A DNA stretch of 64,000 nucleotides from an uncultured Gammaproteobacteria bacterium (GCA_964493305.1 CAZBLW010000001.1:177484-241483), one strand, 5' to 3'; shown: positions 19,245 through 29,480, counted from the first letter of the stretch. Program-made: numbers and translations. The notes: a model not told the origin generated them from the letters alone.

Positions 19245-20240
19245 ATGTCACAAGATAATCTAAAAATAAAACAACAATATCCATCACATACAGCTGGTCG
19301 ATTGGCTATTTCTGCAGTGCCCGTAGTATCACCAGATAAAAAAATCGTCGAAGTAACAAAATGGTTAGAAAAAGATATTCATAAGTTTGAATCAATCAAT
19401 TATATATATGTGGTAGATGGTGCGGGTAAATTGGTTGGTATTTTGTCGATTAAAGATACTCTCCGTCAAGCAGCAGATGCCTTAGTTGGTACAGTAATGA
19501 AAACAGAATTAGTAGTAGCTTATCCGCATACTCATCAGGAGCGGATGGCACTACTGGCTTTGAAACACAACCTTAAAGCTATTCCGGTAGTTGATAGACA
19601 AGGTGTTTTCATTGGCGTGGTACCATCAGACACTATTTTATCTGTGCTTTATACTGAAAGTCAGGAAGACGTGATGCATCTGGCTGGGGTACCTTCAATT
19701 ACTGCCAGGGAAACTATTATAGATTTACCATTGAAAAGTTTATTGTTACATCGCTTGCCCTGGTTATTACTGGGGCTTTTAGGTGGAGTGATGGCAGCTG
19801 AAATTGTTGGTTTATTTGAAGCAACCTTGCAGGAAAATATTATTTTGGCTGCTTTTATTCCGTTGATGATGTATATGGGTGGGGCAGTACTGGCACAAAC
19901 ACAAGCTTTTTTTATTCGTGATTTATCTTTGAATCCGCAACTTAATTTTCGTAAATATTTTTTAAAACAATTAAGTGTAGTACTGATTATTGCTTTGAGT
20001 ATTAGTATTGCCATGATCATAATCGGATTATTACGTTATCAAGATTTAGCAGTAATTAGTATAATTCCGGTGGCGCTGGGGGCAATAATTTTTTCAACCA
20101 TGATTACTAGTTTAATAATTCCATATTTATTCCATAGATTTAAATTTGATCCGGCTGACGGTAGTGGTCCAATCGCCACAGTGTTGCAAGATCTGATGGG
20201 AGTAATAATTTATTTTCTAATTGCTGGTTGGTTGATTTGA
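19245..20240 (+). CDS. mgtE: Magnesium transporter MgtE (CBS pair + TM domain)
   Basis: YIYVVD CBS pair, RLPWL, FIPL, DPA-SGP-TVLQD. Confidence 0.88.
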   Translation: MSQDNLKIKQQYPSHTAGRLAISAVPVVSPDKKIVEVTKWLEKDIHKFESINYIYVVDGAGKLVGILSIKDTLRQAADALVGTVMKTELVVAYPHTHQERMALLALKHNLKAIPVVDRQGVFIGVVPSDTILSVLYTESQEDVMHLAGVPSITARETIIDLPLKSLLLHRLPWLLLGLLGGVMAAEIVGLFEATLQENIILAAFIPLMMYMGGAVLAQTQAFFIRDLSLNPQLNFRKYFLKQLSVVLIIALSISIAMIIIGLLRYQDLAVISIIPVALGAIIFSTMITSLIIPYLFHRFKFDPADGSGPIATVLQDLMGVIIYFLIAGWLI

Positions 20241-20294
20241 TTACATAATTACAATAGTCAATTCTCGTATTTTTTGTTAGTATAGAAAATACTG

Positions 20295-21515
20295 ATGAAA
20301 ACTTACAAAAAACTCATTTTTATAGGTATTATCGTGTTAATAGCCTTGGGGGCTTTTATTTTTTATGGTTGGCAAAAACCTACCTTTTCTGAAGAAAAAA
20401 ATGTTGAACCTGAAGTGGCTGTTATTATTCCGCCGGATAGAATAGTGGAATATGAAATCATTGCCAATGATACTTACGGGGTTATTATGACCAATCAGAG
20501 CATTAGCTCTGCTGACGCGCAGGCAATTTATCAAGTGGCTTTGGAAAAATATGATTTGGCCAAAATCGGGGTGGGTAAAAAAATTAAATTTTATTTTCGT
20601 CCAGAATCCGACGAATTTTATAAATTATACTATCAAATTGATAGTGAGGAAGAGTTATGGGTAGAAAAAGATACTCAAGGTCTGTGGCAGGCTACCAGAC
20701 AAGATATACCTTATGAAATAAAAACTATTACCAGCAGTGGGACGATTGAAAAGTTTTTATATGCTGATGCTTTAGCCGCCGGTGTGGATGAACGAGCAGT
20801 GATAGCTTGGGCAGAAATGTTACAGTGGAGTTTGGATTTTGCTATGGATGTACGCGTCGGTGATTCTTATAAGTTTATTTATGAACAAAGATTTTTAGAT
20901 GGACAGTACGTTATGCCAGGTCGGGTATTGGCGGGAAAATTTATCAATGATGGCAAAGCTTATTATGGATTTTATTATCAAGATCCTGCAGGTGATAGTG
21001 GTTATTATGATGAACAAGGTAACAATGTACAAAAAATGTTTTTGAAAGCACCGGTTGCTTTTAAATATATTTCCAGTGGTTTCACTACAGGTGCTAGATA
21101 TATCCAAGCTTTCAATATTTCTACTGGACATCGGGCGATTGATTATGCAGCTAGTGCTGGAACACCGGTTAGAAGTGTTGGCGATGGCACAGTAATTTTT
21201 GCTGGTTGGGATGGTTCTTATGGAAATAAAGTAAGCATTAGACACAATGGAACTTACACTACCAACTATGCGCATTTATCTAAAATTTTAGTAAAACGCG
21301 GACAAAAAGTTAGTCAGAATGACACGATTGGCTTGGTAGGTTCCACCGGGCTTTCCACTGGTCCACACTTACACTACGAAATGGTAAAAAATGGAGTGAA
21401 AATAAATCCTCTGCAAGAAGTTTTGCCGCCAGGCGAGGCACTTAAGTCCGAATATCAGTCAGACTATTTTGATTATATTGCCAGCTGGCAACAACAACTT
21501 GATTCGACTTATTGA
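20295..21515 (+). CDS. M23 family peptidoglycan endopeptidase (MepM-like)
   Basis: N-terminal TM; HRAIDY, YAHL, STGPHLHYE. Confidence 0.9.
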   Translation: MKTYKKLIFIGIIVLIALGAFIFYGWQKPTFSEEKNVEPEVAVIIPPDRIVEYEIIANDTYGVIMTNQSISSADAQAIYQVALEKYDLAKIGVGKKIKFYFRPESDEFYKLYYQIDSEEELWVEKDTQGLWQATRQDIPYEIKTITSSGTIEKFLYADALAAGVDERAVIAWAEMLQWSLDFAMDVRVGDSYKFIYEQRFLDGQYVMPGRVLAGKFINDGKAYYGFYYQDPAGDSGYYDEQGNNVQKMFLKAPVAFKYISSGFTTGARYIQAFNISTGHRAIDYAASAGTPVRSVGDGTVIFAGWDGSYGNKVSIRHNGTYTTNYAHLSKILVKRGQKVSQNDTIGLVGSTGLSTGPHLHYEMVKNGVKINPLQEVLPPGEALKSEYQSDYFDYIASWQQQLDSTY

Positions 21516-21581
21516 CAATAGTAATTATTTTATTTAAGATACTTTAATTGTTCAATTACAAATAAATAAGGAGAGTGAGCT

Positions 21582-21770
21582 ATGAAAAAGAAAGTTATGG
21601 TAGCTTTGGCTAGTTTTTGTTTGTTAGTAGGTGCTATAGTGTGCCTAATTTCCTCATTTGTACCTTATAAAAAGTTTGCTGTATCAGCAGATTTAACCGC
21701 AATAATAGGTATTATTTTGATGGTAGGTTCCATTTTATTTTTATTCTATGCTGACTTTATAAAAAAATAA
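21582..21770 (+). CDS. Small two-TM protein
   Basis: AAGGAG SD, TTGACA-17-TAAGAT promoter, terminator about 21775-21801. Confidence 0.65.
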   Translation: MKKKVMVALASFCLLVGAIVCLISSFVPYKKFAVSADLTAIIGIILMVGSILFLFYADFIKK

Positions 21771-21840
21771 TTTTAAGCTTTGCTCAACGCAAAGCTTTTT
21801 TATGTGTTATATTATAAATATGATTATTAATAATTTTTTT

Positions 21841-22083
21841 ATGATCAATCCACAGCTTGCTATGACATTTATTAAAATAGCAGGACTAACCAATATATTG
21901 TTTTTGCTCTTAACTTTTTTTTCTTGCCGTTGTTTGCTGGGTCCCAAAATATCGCAAAAGTTGGCGCAGTATGAATGGTTTAAAAAGTTTTATCGTTGGC
22001 ATTGTTATTTTTGGTGGGGGTTTTATTTGTCAGTAATTATTCATACCTTACTTGCCTGGTATTTATTTGGTTTTGGTTTTTAG
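21841..22083 (+). CDS. Small membrane protein (SCRC, HCYFWW...H motifs); start uncertain
   Basis: Two TM segments with His/Cys residues. Confidence 0.65.
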   Translation: MINPQLAMTFIKIAGLTNILFLLLTFFSCRCLLGPKISQKLAQYEWFKKFYRWHCYFWWGFYLSVIIHTLLAWYLFGFGF

Positions 22084-22103
22084 ATTATTAAAAATATTTA
22101 AAC

Positions 22104-23180
22104 ATGGATTATTTAAATTATTTAGACAATTTATATTTTTGGGGAAATAATGGTTGGCAATATACTAAGTTGTTATTGATATTTTTTGGTTTATTGTTAA
22201 TAACAAAAATTTTTCAAGTTTATATAGTTGCTAAGTTGAAAAAGTTGTCAGTTAAAACTAAAACAGATATTGATGATACTGTGATTGATATTTTTGAAAA
22301 ATTAAAACCGCCTTTTTATTTATTGTTGGCTTTTTATTTTGCTATTAAGTCGATCAACTTGCCCGATCTATTGACCAAAACAGTTAACGTGGCCTTTATT
22401 GTGGTAGTTGTCTATAAAATCATTAGAGCTTTGGAAAAAATTGGAGGTTATGTTATTCAAAAATATTTTACCAATAGAGCCGAGTCTGTTAATCACCAAG
22501 AAAAGTTACAAGAGAAAGAGATTGCCAATGTATTTAAAATTGTTTTACGGGTTGTTCTTTGGACATTGGGAATTACTTTGGCTTTAGCCAATATGGGTGT
22601 CAATGTTACTTCGTTGATTGCTAGTTTGGGTATTGGTGGTATTGCTATAGCTCTGGCTTTGCAAAATATTTTAGGTGATTTATTTAGTTCTTTTTCTTTG
22701 TATTTGGACAAACCCTTTCGCGTGGGAGATTTTATTATGATTGGCGAACATTTAGGGACAGTGGAAAAAATCGGTTTAAAAACCACCCGGATCAGAAGTT
22801 TAAGTGGTGAACAGTTGGTAGTATCAAACAATGAGCTTACTTCTTCGCGTATACAAAATTTTGGACGCATGCAGAAACGACGAGTAATATTTAATATTGG
22901 TGTAGTTTATGGTACGCCAGTAGATAAGTTAGAAAAAATCCCCAAGATTATTAAAAAGGTAATTCAGTCCCAGAGTAATGCTGAATTTGATCGTTGTCAT
23001 TTTTTTGAATATGGTGATTTTAGTTTAAATTATGAAACCGTTTTTTATTTAACCAGTCCTGATTACAACCAATATATGGATACTAGACAACGGATAAATT
23101 TGGAAATCTATAAAATATTTGCTGAGGAAAAAATTGAATTTGCTTATCCTACTCAAACCGTTGTATTGTCTAAAACCTAG
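22104..23180 (+). CDS. mscS: Small-conductance mechanosensitive channel (MscS family)
   Basis: SLGIGGIAIALALQ, KPFRVGDFI, GTVEKIGLKTTRIR, IEFAYPTQ. Confidence 0.92.
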   Translation: MDYLNYLDNLYFWGNNGWQYTKLLLIFFGLLLITKIFQVYIVAKLKKLSVKTKTDIDDTVIDIFEKLKPPFYLLLAFYFAIKSINLPDLLTKTVNVAFIVVVVYKIIRALEKIGGYVIQKYFTNRAESVNHQEKLQEKEIANVFKIVLRVVLWTLGITLALANMGVNVTSLIASLGIGGIAIALALQNILGDLFSSFSLYLDKPFRVGDFIMIGEHLGTVEKIGLKTTRIRSLSGEQLVVSNNELTSSRIQNFGRMQKRRVIFNIGVVYGTPVDKLEKIPKIIKKVIQSQSNAEFDRCHFFEYGDFSLNYETVFYLTSPDYNQYMDTRQRINLEIYKIFAEEKIEFAYPTQTVVLSKT

Positions 23181-23183
23181 TGT

Positions 23184-23723
23184 ATGCGCGGGAAGATCGT
23201 TTTGTTTTTATTAGTAGTAGTGTTTACAGGTTGTACTAAACAAACACCAGCTACCAATAATATTATTATTAATAAAAATGTCATGAGATTAACTAGTAGT
23301 GATTTTGTTGATAAAACTGCAATTGATCCTAAATTTACCTGTGATGGTGATAACCTTCGGCCAGAGTTGTCTTGGTTTGATGTTCCTGCTATAGCCAAAT
23401 CCATGGCGCTAGCTATGTTCGATCCAGATGCACCGGGTGATGGTTTTGTCCATTGGTTAGTGGTAAATTTACCAGTGCAAGAGTTGCAATTAGATAGCCA
23501 AGAAAATCTACCAATTGGTGCAGAGCAGATTAAAAATGATACTGGTAAGTTTGATTATTTTGGTCCTTGTCCGCCGCAGGGGGTGCATCATTATCAGTTT
23601 ACATTGTATGCTTTGGACCTAAATTCAATTCAGCCTGTAGATTATCAGGATTTTTTACAACAGATTGATGGTCATATAGTAGAACAGGTAACGCTTACAG
23701 GGTTGTATGAGAGAAAAAGATAA
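23184..23723 (+). CDS. YbhB/YbcL (PEBP) family lipoprotein
   Basis: FTGC lipobox, TCDG, DPDAP, FVHW, GPCPP, HHYQF. Confidence 0.9.
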   Translation: MRGKIVLFLLVVVFTGCTKQTPATNNIIINKNVMRLTSSDFVDKTAIDPKFTCDGDNLRPELSWFDVPAIAKSMALAMFDPDAPGDGFVHWLVVNLPVQELQLDSQENLPIGAEQIKNDTGKFDYFGPCPPQGVHHYQFTLYALDLNSIQPVDYQDFLQQIDGHIVEQVTLTGLYERKR

Positions 23724-23865
23724 TTATCAATTACTAATTACTAATGATTAATGAATTTTTAATTAGTTAATTATAATTAGTTATTAGTAATTTATTAAAA
23801 CCTTGTTTTATTTTATTGATTGTGTTAATATATTTTTACCTAATTTTTATATTTAAGAAATTTTT

Positions 23866-24012
23866 ATGCCCAAAAAGAAAAAGTCCCGATCTGGTAACCC
23901 ATCAACCGGTGTGAAATTACCTAAGTTCAAAATGAGTAAGCAAAGCAAAGAATCTCGTAATAGTGGAAAACTTGCCAAAAAAACTTACGGTCGTTTTCGT
24001 AATAAAAAATAA
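23866..24012 (+). CDS. Unannotated 48-aa highly basic protein
   Basis: MPKKKKSRSGNPSTGVKLPKFKMSKQSKESRNSGKLAKKTYGRFRNKK; GC-richer than flanks; terminator about 24028-24056. Confidence 0.65.
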   Translation: MPKKKKSRSGNPSTGVKLPKFKMSKQSKESRNSGKLAKKTYGRFRNKK

Positions 24013-24136
24013 TTCTTCTAAACTATAAAAAGCACCCAAAGTATGGGTGCTTTTTTAATTGACAAAACAAAATAGATAGCATAAAATGTAAACTTATTTT
24101 ACAGAACGTTAACAATCAAAATAAAGGAGCGGAAAA

Positions 24137-24670
24137 ATGGAACGGATATTTAAGGCAGTTATTTGTGGTAGTCAGCATACAATGTTGTATGGAAAATTGG
24201 ATGGAGATGGCAAGAAGAATTTTTTTGCTGTCAAAACAGACCAACCCGACCGTGTTGGTGGACATAAAATAACCGCCAATGAATTTGAACAGCAGATTGA
24301 AAAGCATGGCCATATTGTTTTTTTGGTCGAAGGACAAACTAAGCATCGTGCTTTAATGATAGAAGGTATTGATATACCGTGGGAACCACTGTTTAGTTTA
24401 TTTATTTTTGAAAAAAAAGTTGATACTATTTTTCAAACCATTGTCAGTTTAAATAATCAAATCGATCATTACCAATTAGTAGAATTGGAAAAATCATTTT
24501 ATAGTAACCCCGGATTATTGGTAGCAATTCACAATAAATTAGCAGTTTGGTTTGAAGACAATAGCTTATCAGCGGAAGTAGAAAATAAACTGAAAAAAAT
24601 TTGTAACGAGCATGGTTATATTAAATTATTACGACTAATTGAAAGTCACCCAATCAAAAAAGCTGTTTAA
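24137..24670 (+). CDS. Hypothetical protein
   Basis: AAGGAG SD, TTGACA-17-TAAAAT promoter, terminator about 24678-24706. Confidence 0.7.
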   Translation: MERIFKAVICGSQHTMLYGKLDGDGKKNFFAVKTDQPDRVGGHKITANEFEQQIEKHGHIVFLVEGQTKHRALMIEGIDIPWEPLFSLFIFEKKVDTIFQTIVSLNNQIDHYQLVELEKSFYSNPGLLVAIHNKLAVWFEDNSLSAEVENKLKKICNEHGYIKLLRLIESHPIKKAV

Positions 24671-24741
24671 TTTTTATAAACTGAAAACCTAGGTTTTCAG
24701 TTTTTTATTTAAATTTTTAGTGTTATACTTAATTGGCATTT

Positions 24742-25122
24742 ATGAAAGATAATATTATTCGAGGTACGGTTATTCATGGTTTTGATAAGGGTAAAACCAT
24801 GGGTTTCCCTACTTATAATTTAAATTTATCAGAAGATTATCCTTTGGTTGATTGGCTAGGAGTGTGGTGCAGTTTGACTTATTTTAGAGGGGAAAAATTA
24901 TTTGGTGTTACACATATTGGTCCAGTGCGAATATTTAAAGAAGAAAAAATTAGAGTGGAAACACACTTGTTTGATTGGGATACAGATTTGTATGGCGAAC
25001 AAATGCAAGTGGAACTAATTTTTAAATTGCGTGATACCAGAGATTTTACCAATGAAACTGAACTGATCAAACAAGTGATGGAGGATATGAGACAAGCTAG
25101 AGCTTATTTTAAGATAGACTGA
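24742..25122 (+). CDS. Stand-alone riboflavin kinase domain
   Basis: GTVIHG...G...MGFPTYNL, VETHLFD, LYG, KLR...F. Confidence 0.85.
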   Translation: MKDNIIRGTVIHGFDKGKTMGFPTYNLNLSEDYPLVDWLGVWCSLTYFRGEKLFGVTHIGPVRIFKEEKIRVETHLFDWDTDLYGEQMQVELIFKLRDTRDFTNETELIKQVMEDMRQARAYFKID

Positions 25123-25232
25123 TTGTAATTTTAAATTGTAAATTTTAAATTTTTAAATGAATTATAAAATTATTAAATTTAAAAATTAAATATTGATTTA
25201 TAATTGAAAATTTATAATTTAATTTTTTTTAA

Positions 25233-26153
25233 ATGAAAAAAATTTATTCAGGTCCTGTATTTATAATTTTGGCGGCGTTTTTGTGGAGTTTGGATGGATT
25301 TTTGCGTCAATCACTTTATACCTTGCCAGCCACCTTGATAGTTTGGTTGGAGCACTTACTGGGTTTTATTGTAGTTTTACCATTTATTTTTAAATTTAAA
25401 AAAGATTTAAAACTGATTGATCGTCAGACTTGGTTTAGTATTGGCTGGGTAGTAATTTGGGGAGGTATTTTGGGTACATTTTTTTACACCAAAGCCTTAG
25501 GTTTGGTAAATTATATTGATTTATCAGTTGTGGTTTTGTTGCAAAAATTTCAGCCAGTGTTTGCAATTACTTTGGCGCTGGTGGTATTGAGAGAAAAACC
25601 CAAAGCCAGTTACTGGTTCTGGTCTTTGCTGGCTTTGGTTGGGGGTTATTTGGTCACCTTTAAGGATTTAATAATCAATTTTCACGGCGGATTAAATGAA
25701 ATCTATGCAGCTGGATTGGCACTGCTGGCAGCTTTTGCCTGGGGTAGTTCTACAGTGTTTGGTCGGCGAGCTTTGGAGATAGTAAATTATAAACTACTTA
25801 CCGCACTCAGGTTTGGTTTAACAGCTTTGGTGTTATTGCCGATAATATTTATAAACCAAGCTGTTAGTAGCTTGCCTGTTGTCAGCTCCGAACAATGGTT
25901 TAAGTTGATGATTATAGTTTTTTCTACCGGATTGGTAGCGGTCATAATTTATTATGCTGGCTTAAGATCAACTCGTGCTAGTATAGCCACTATTTGTGAA
26001 ATGTTTTGGCCAGTATCAGCAGTAATACTTGATTATACCATCAATAAAACAATACTTACTCCTACGCAAATATTGGGGGCACTAATTTTACTTTTAGCCA
26101 TTTATCGCCTAAGTGCCAACCAAAGTTTAGTGAAAAATAAGCAGATTAGTTAA
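25233..26153 (+). CDS. EamA/DMT family transporter
   Basis: About 10 TM, duplicated halves, LQKFQPVF...LREK, WGSSTVFG. Confidence 0.88.
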   Translation: MKKIYSGPVFIILAAFLWSLDGFLRQSLYTLPATLIVWLEHLLGFIVVLPFIFKFKKDLKLIDRQTWFSIGWVVIWGGILGTFFYTKALGLVNYIDLSVVVLLQKFQPVFAITLALVVLREKPKASYWFWSLLALVGGYLVTFKDLIINFHGGLNEIYAAGLALLAAFAWGSSTVFGRRALEIVNYKLLTALRFGLTALVLLPIIFINQAVSSLPVVSSEQWFKLMIIVFSTGLVAVIIYYAGLRSTRASIATICEMFWPVSAVILDYTINKTILTPTQILGALILLLAIYRLSANQSLVKNKQIS

Positions 26154-26165
26154 TTGGCGCACAAG

Positions 26166-26254
26166 AAAAAACCGATTGCTAAGCAATCGGTGTGAGATAA
26201 AATTTGTTTTTTTGTGTTGTTTTTTGTTTGGTTGTGTAAGGTGCGATTGATGTT
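26166..26254 (-). ncRNA. Putative ORF-less A/C-rich small RNA
   Basis: TTGACC-17-TATATT promoter (26289-26261), no start codon, terminator ACCGATTGC-TTA-GCAATCGGT-TTTTT. Confidence 0.45.
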
Positions 26255-26347
26255 ATTAACAATATAGCCTAGATAAATATTTAGGTCAAGGGCTGGGCTG
26301 GGGATAACTAAAAAAAGAGCCGAAACACTAGGTTTCGGCTCGGGATA

Positions 26348-26548
26348 TTATTTCTTAACTCTTTTAGCACCGCCACAAGTTGGGCAATCTTTTTTTTCTT
26401 TTTTTACCAAAGTTTGGTGATTGGTATCTTTTAATTTATTGACTGGTACTTTTCCTTCACCCAAGCAGGTGGGGCATGGTTTGGTGCTATAAAAAGCATT
26501 ATCCGGGATAATATCCTCGTTTTTTTCAAAATTAATTTCACTATACAT
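26348..26548 (-). CDS. Small DnaJ-type zinc-finger protein
   Basis: CPTCLGEG and CPTCGGAK; start reassigned to ATG 26548 after AAGGAG. Confidence 0.7.
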   Translation of the reverse strand: MYSEINFEKNEDIIPDNAFYSTKPCPTCLGEGKVPVNKLKDTNHQTLVKKEKKDCPTCGGAKRVKK

Positions 26549-26558
26549 AACTCTCTCC

Positions 26559-26957
26559 TTATTCACATAAAAAAATTTCTTCATAATCAATGGCTACCAA
26601 ATAGCCGGGTAAGGTCCTAAATAACCAAATTTCTCTGTCTGCTTTGTCAGCAAATTTATCAAGGTGGGTAGGGATTTTCTTTTTAGCAATCAAGGTTAAG
26701 TTATAAAGTATAAACGGGTCACCAAAACCCAAGGTGTAAGTTTTATTTAAAGGTAGGTCTTGAGGAGGTCTTGATTGATTGCAAGCGCAAGGCAGGAAGT
26801 TGTTTTTGGCAGAAAATTTTTCAATTGGTATTTCACTTACCAAAGTAATAGTAAAAGGTGATTCAGCAATATCACCATCACTGGTATAGCAAATAGCTTT
26901 CTCTGGTAAAGTGGGGTTTATTGGCAAAACGTTTGCCACGGCTGTTTCTTCTCGCAT
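26559..26957 (-). CDS. Hypothetical protein
   Basis: AGGAG SD, TTGACT-17-TATACT promoter. Confidence 0.65.
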   Translation of the reverse strand: MREETAVANVLPINPTLPEKAICYTSDGDIAESPFTITLVSEIPIEKFSAKNNFLPCACNQSRPPQDLPLNKTYTLGFGDPFILYNLTLIAKKKIPTHLDKFADKADREIWLFRTLPGYLVAIDYEEIFLCE

Positions 26958-27059
26958 ATGTTTCTCCTATGCATTGGTGAAAGAATAATTTATTTAAAGG
27001 ACAATTAAAAAAGTATATTTATTTTATTATAAAAAGTCAAGGAAAGGTGAATAAGAATT

Positions 27060-27106
27060 CACCCTGTTAAATCCGCCACAGGCGGTGCATAGCAATTTAA
27101 CAGGGT
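27060..27106. repeat. REP-like palindromic element
   Basis: ACCCTGTTAAAT/ATTTAACAGGGT arms enclosing CCGCC-ACA-GGCGG. Confidence 0.6.
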
Positions 27107-27310
27107 AAAGATTTAAGATGTAAGATTTAAGAACAAGTATTTTAATGACTAATTATTAATAACTAATTACTAATCAATGATTTAATTCAATAATTATCTA
27201 ATTAGTAATTCATTAGTAATTAGAAATTAGTTATAAGTAATTTTTATAAGTTTTTCTCTTGAATTTTTAGGTAACAAAGTTTAAACTAAATTTACTTTAT
27301 ATTTCTAAAT

Positions 27311-28000
27311 ATGACTGATAAAAAATTAAATCATCTGGCAATAATTCTGGATGGCAACCGGCGCTGGGCCAAAGAGCGGGGATTGCCTTCGCTATTGGGG
27401 CACAAAGAAGGGGTGGAGGCAGTCAAGCGTACAATTGATGCTTGTATTAAACACGGAATTAAATATCTGACAGTTTATGCTTTTTCTACGGAAAATTGGC
27501 AGCGGAGTCAGGACGAAGTAAATTATCTGATGAAATTGGCTTTAGAAAATATTGGTGGGGGGACAAATTACTTCAATGAACGGGGAGTTAGAGTAAGGAT
27601 TTTTGGTCAACATGATAATTTAGATCCTAAATTAGCCCAGGCTTTCCAAGAAACTGTTGAGCAAACCAAAAACAATCAAGTTTTGAATTTTAATATTTGT
27701 TTCAACTATGGCGGTCGAGCCGAAATTACCCAAGCTATTAGACAAATTGTTAAGGACAATACTAAATTAGAGCAAATCAGCGAAGAAATGATTGCTGCTT
27801 ATTTATATAGTGTTGATCAACCAGATCCAGACATGATTGTGCGTACCAGTGGTGAGATGCGACTTTCTAATTTTTTACCCTGGCAGTCGGTATATAGTGA
27901 ATTTTATTTCCCTAAATATCATTGGCCGGACTTTGATGAGAGTAAAGTAAAAGAAGTAATAGAAGAATTTAGTAAAAGACAACGGAGGTTTGGGAAATAG
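27311..28000 (+). CDS. uppS: Undecaprenyl diphosphate synthase
   Basis: HLAIILDGNRRWA, YAFSTENW, YGGR, RTSGEMRLSNF. Confidence 0.97.
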   Translation: MTDKKLNHLAIILDGNRRWAKERGLPSLLGHKEGVEAVKRTIDACIKHGIKYLTVYAFSTENWQRSQDEVNYLMKLALENIGGGTNYFNERGVRVRIFGQHDNLDPKLAQAFQETVEQTKNNQVLNFNICFNYGGRAEITQAIRQIVKDNTKLEQISEEMIAAYLYSVDQPDPDMIVRTSGEMRLSNFLPWQSVYSEFYFPKYHWPDFDESKVKEVIEEFSKRQRRFGK

Positions 28001-28081
28001 TTTTTAGCTTATAGTTGTTAGCTTTTAGATATAAAACTCCTTGACCGATTAGATTGGGGAGTTTTTTTATTAACATTTAAT

Positions 28082-28221
28082 AAAATTCTAAATACTAAAT
28101 TCGAAAACCAAAACAAATTCAAAATCCTAAATTCAAATGTTTAAAACATTAATTAGTTTTGGATTTATTAAATTTGAATTTAGATATTGTTTAGGGTTTA
28201 GATATTAGTGCTTAGAATTTT
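28082..28221. repeat. Long imperfect palindrome built from 7-nt periodic units
   Basis: AAAATTCTAAATACTAAATTCGAAA...AAACA arm mirrored by TGTTT...TTTAGATATTAGTGCTTAGAATTTT. Confidence 0.65.
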
Positions 28222-28367
28222 GTGCTTATGAGTTATAAGTTAGTGTTTGAGATTAATCGTTTGTGGAAAAGTAAGATTTTGAGATTGGCTAAATTTTAAT
28301 TATTTGTTATTATAGATTTGAGGAAAAATTTGCCATATTTGGCAAGGCTAATTATTAAAAAAAATTT

Positions 28368-29480
28368 ATGAGGGAGAGAGTAAATTTTAAGCATGGTTTT
28401 ATTTTGACCTTGCTTGTTTTTTTGTTCTCGGCTGTGCTGGTGATAAAATCACCCGTCAAAGCTTATGAACTACCGCCAGTGCTTATCAATGAGATTGCTT
28501 GGATGGGAAACGATGTAAGTACAGCTGATGAGTGGCTAGAGCTCAGAAATACCACCAACGAGGAAATTGATTTAACTGGTTGGCATTTGCGATGGGGAAG
28601 TGTGGATATTGCTTTAACTGGCTTTATCCCAGCCGAAGGATATTTTTTATTGGAAAGAACAGATGATGATAGTGTCCCAGGAGTGACAGCCGATCAGATT
28701 TATGTAGGATCACTTAGTAATACTGGCGGTGATCTCGTTTTAGTAAATGCAGTTGATGTGGTTATTGATAGTGCGGTGTTTGACCTGTGGCCAGCAGGAG
28801 ATAATAACACCAAGCAAACCATGGAAAGAGTCTGTCCGGTGACTGAGGGAAATTTGGCTAGTGCTTGGCAAAATAGTGAGTTAGCCAATGGTTCGCCTCA
28901 GGCAATCAATTTTGGTTGTGAAGTTTTAGTGTGCGAAGCATTAGAATTAAATCGTCTCTGTCAAAGTGAAGGGTTGGCAGAGGTAAATTATACTTATGCT
29001 AATTTGGCTTGCGGAGAAAATTTTAGCCAAGTGGAAGCTGATAGTAGTTGTAGTTGTGAGTATTCTCAATGGGAGGATGCGAGTTGTGTAGCAGCTGGCT
29101 TGCGGGAACAAACCCGCGAAAAAATAACTGACTTTTCTTATTGTCAGGCAGAGCTAACTAGACAAGTAGAAGATTTGGCTTGTGTAGTGGCTACTGATTT
29201 AGTTTGGCAAGCACAAGGCAGAGGCTGTTTCTTAATTGAAAATAGTCGGGAATGTGGTATCAGTACTGCTAGTTTGGATGTTGATAATTTATTGAACGTA
29301 GAATTGGCAGCTAGCTCAGGTTGGGAGAGTGTTGATTATTTAGTGAACCAAATTACTGATCAAGAACCAGTAGCGGTTTATAAAAATACTGAGTCAAAAT
29401 TGCATTTGGTTTGGCAGAAAATGCATGATTTAATTTTGATAATGGGCAAGGGCGTTTGGTTTCAGGGAAAAGTTGAGTAG
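28368..29480 (+). CDS. Secreted lamin-tail-domain protein with Cys-rich region
   Basis: Signal peptide; VLINEIAWMG, DEWLELRN, IDLTGW, GYFLLER. Confidence 0.8.
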   Translation: MRERVNFKHGFILTLLVFLFSAVLVIKSPVKAYELPPVLINEIAWMGNDVSTADEWLELRNTTNEEIDLTGWHLRWGSVDIALTGFIPAEGYFLLERTDDDSVPGVTADQIYVGSLSNTGGDLVLVNAVDVVIDSAVFDLWPAGDNNTKQTMERVCPVTEGNLASAWQNSELANGSPQAINFGCEVLVCEALELNRLCQSEGLAEVNYTYANLACGENFSQVEADSSCSCEYSQWEDASCVAAGLREQTREKITDFSYCQAELTRQVEDLACVVATDLVWQAQGRGCFLIENSRECGISTASLDVDNLLNVELAASSGWESVDYLVNQITDQEPVAVYKNTESKLHLVWQKMHDLILIMGKGVWFQGKVE

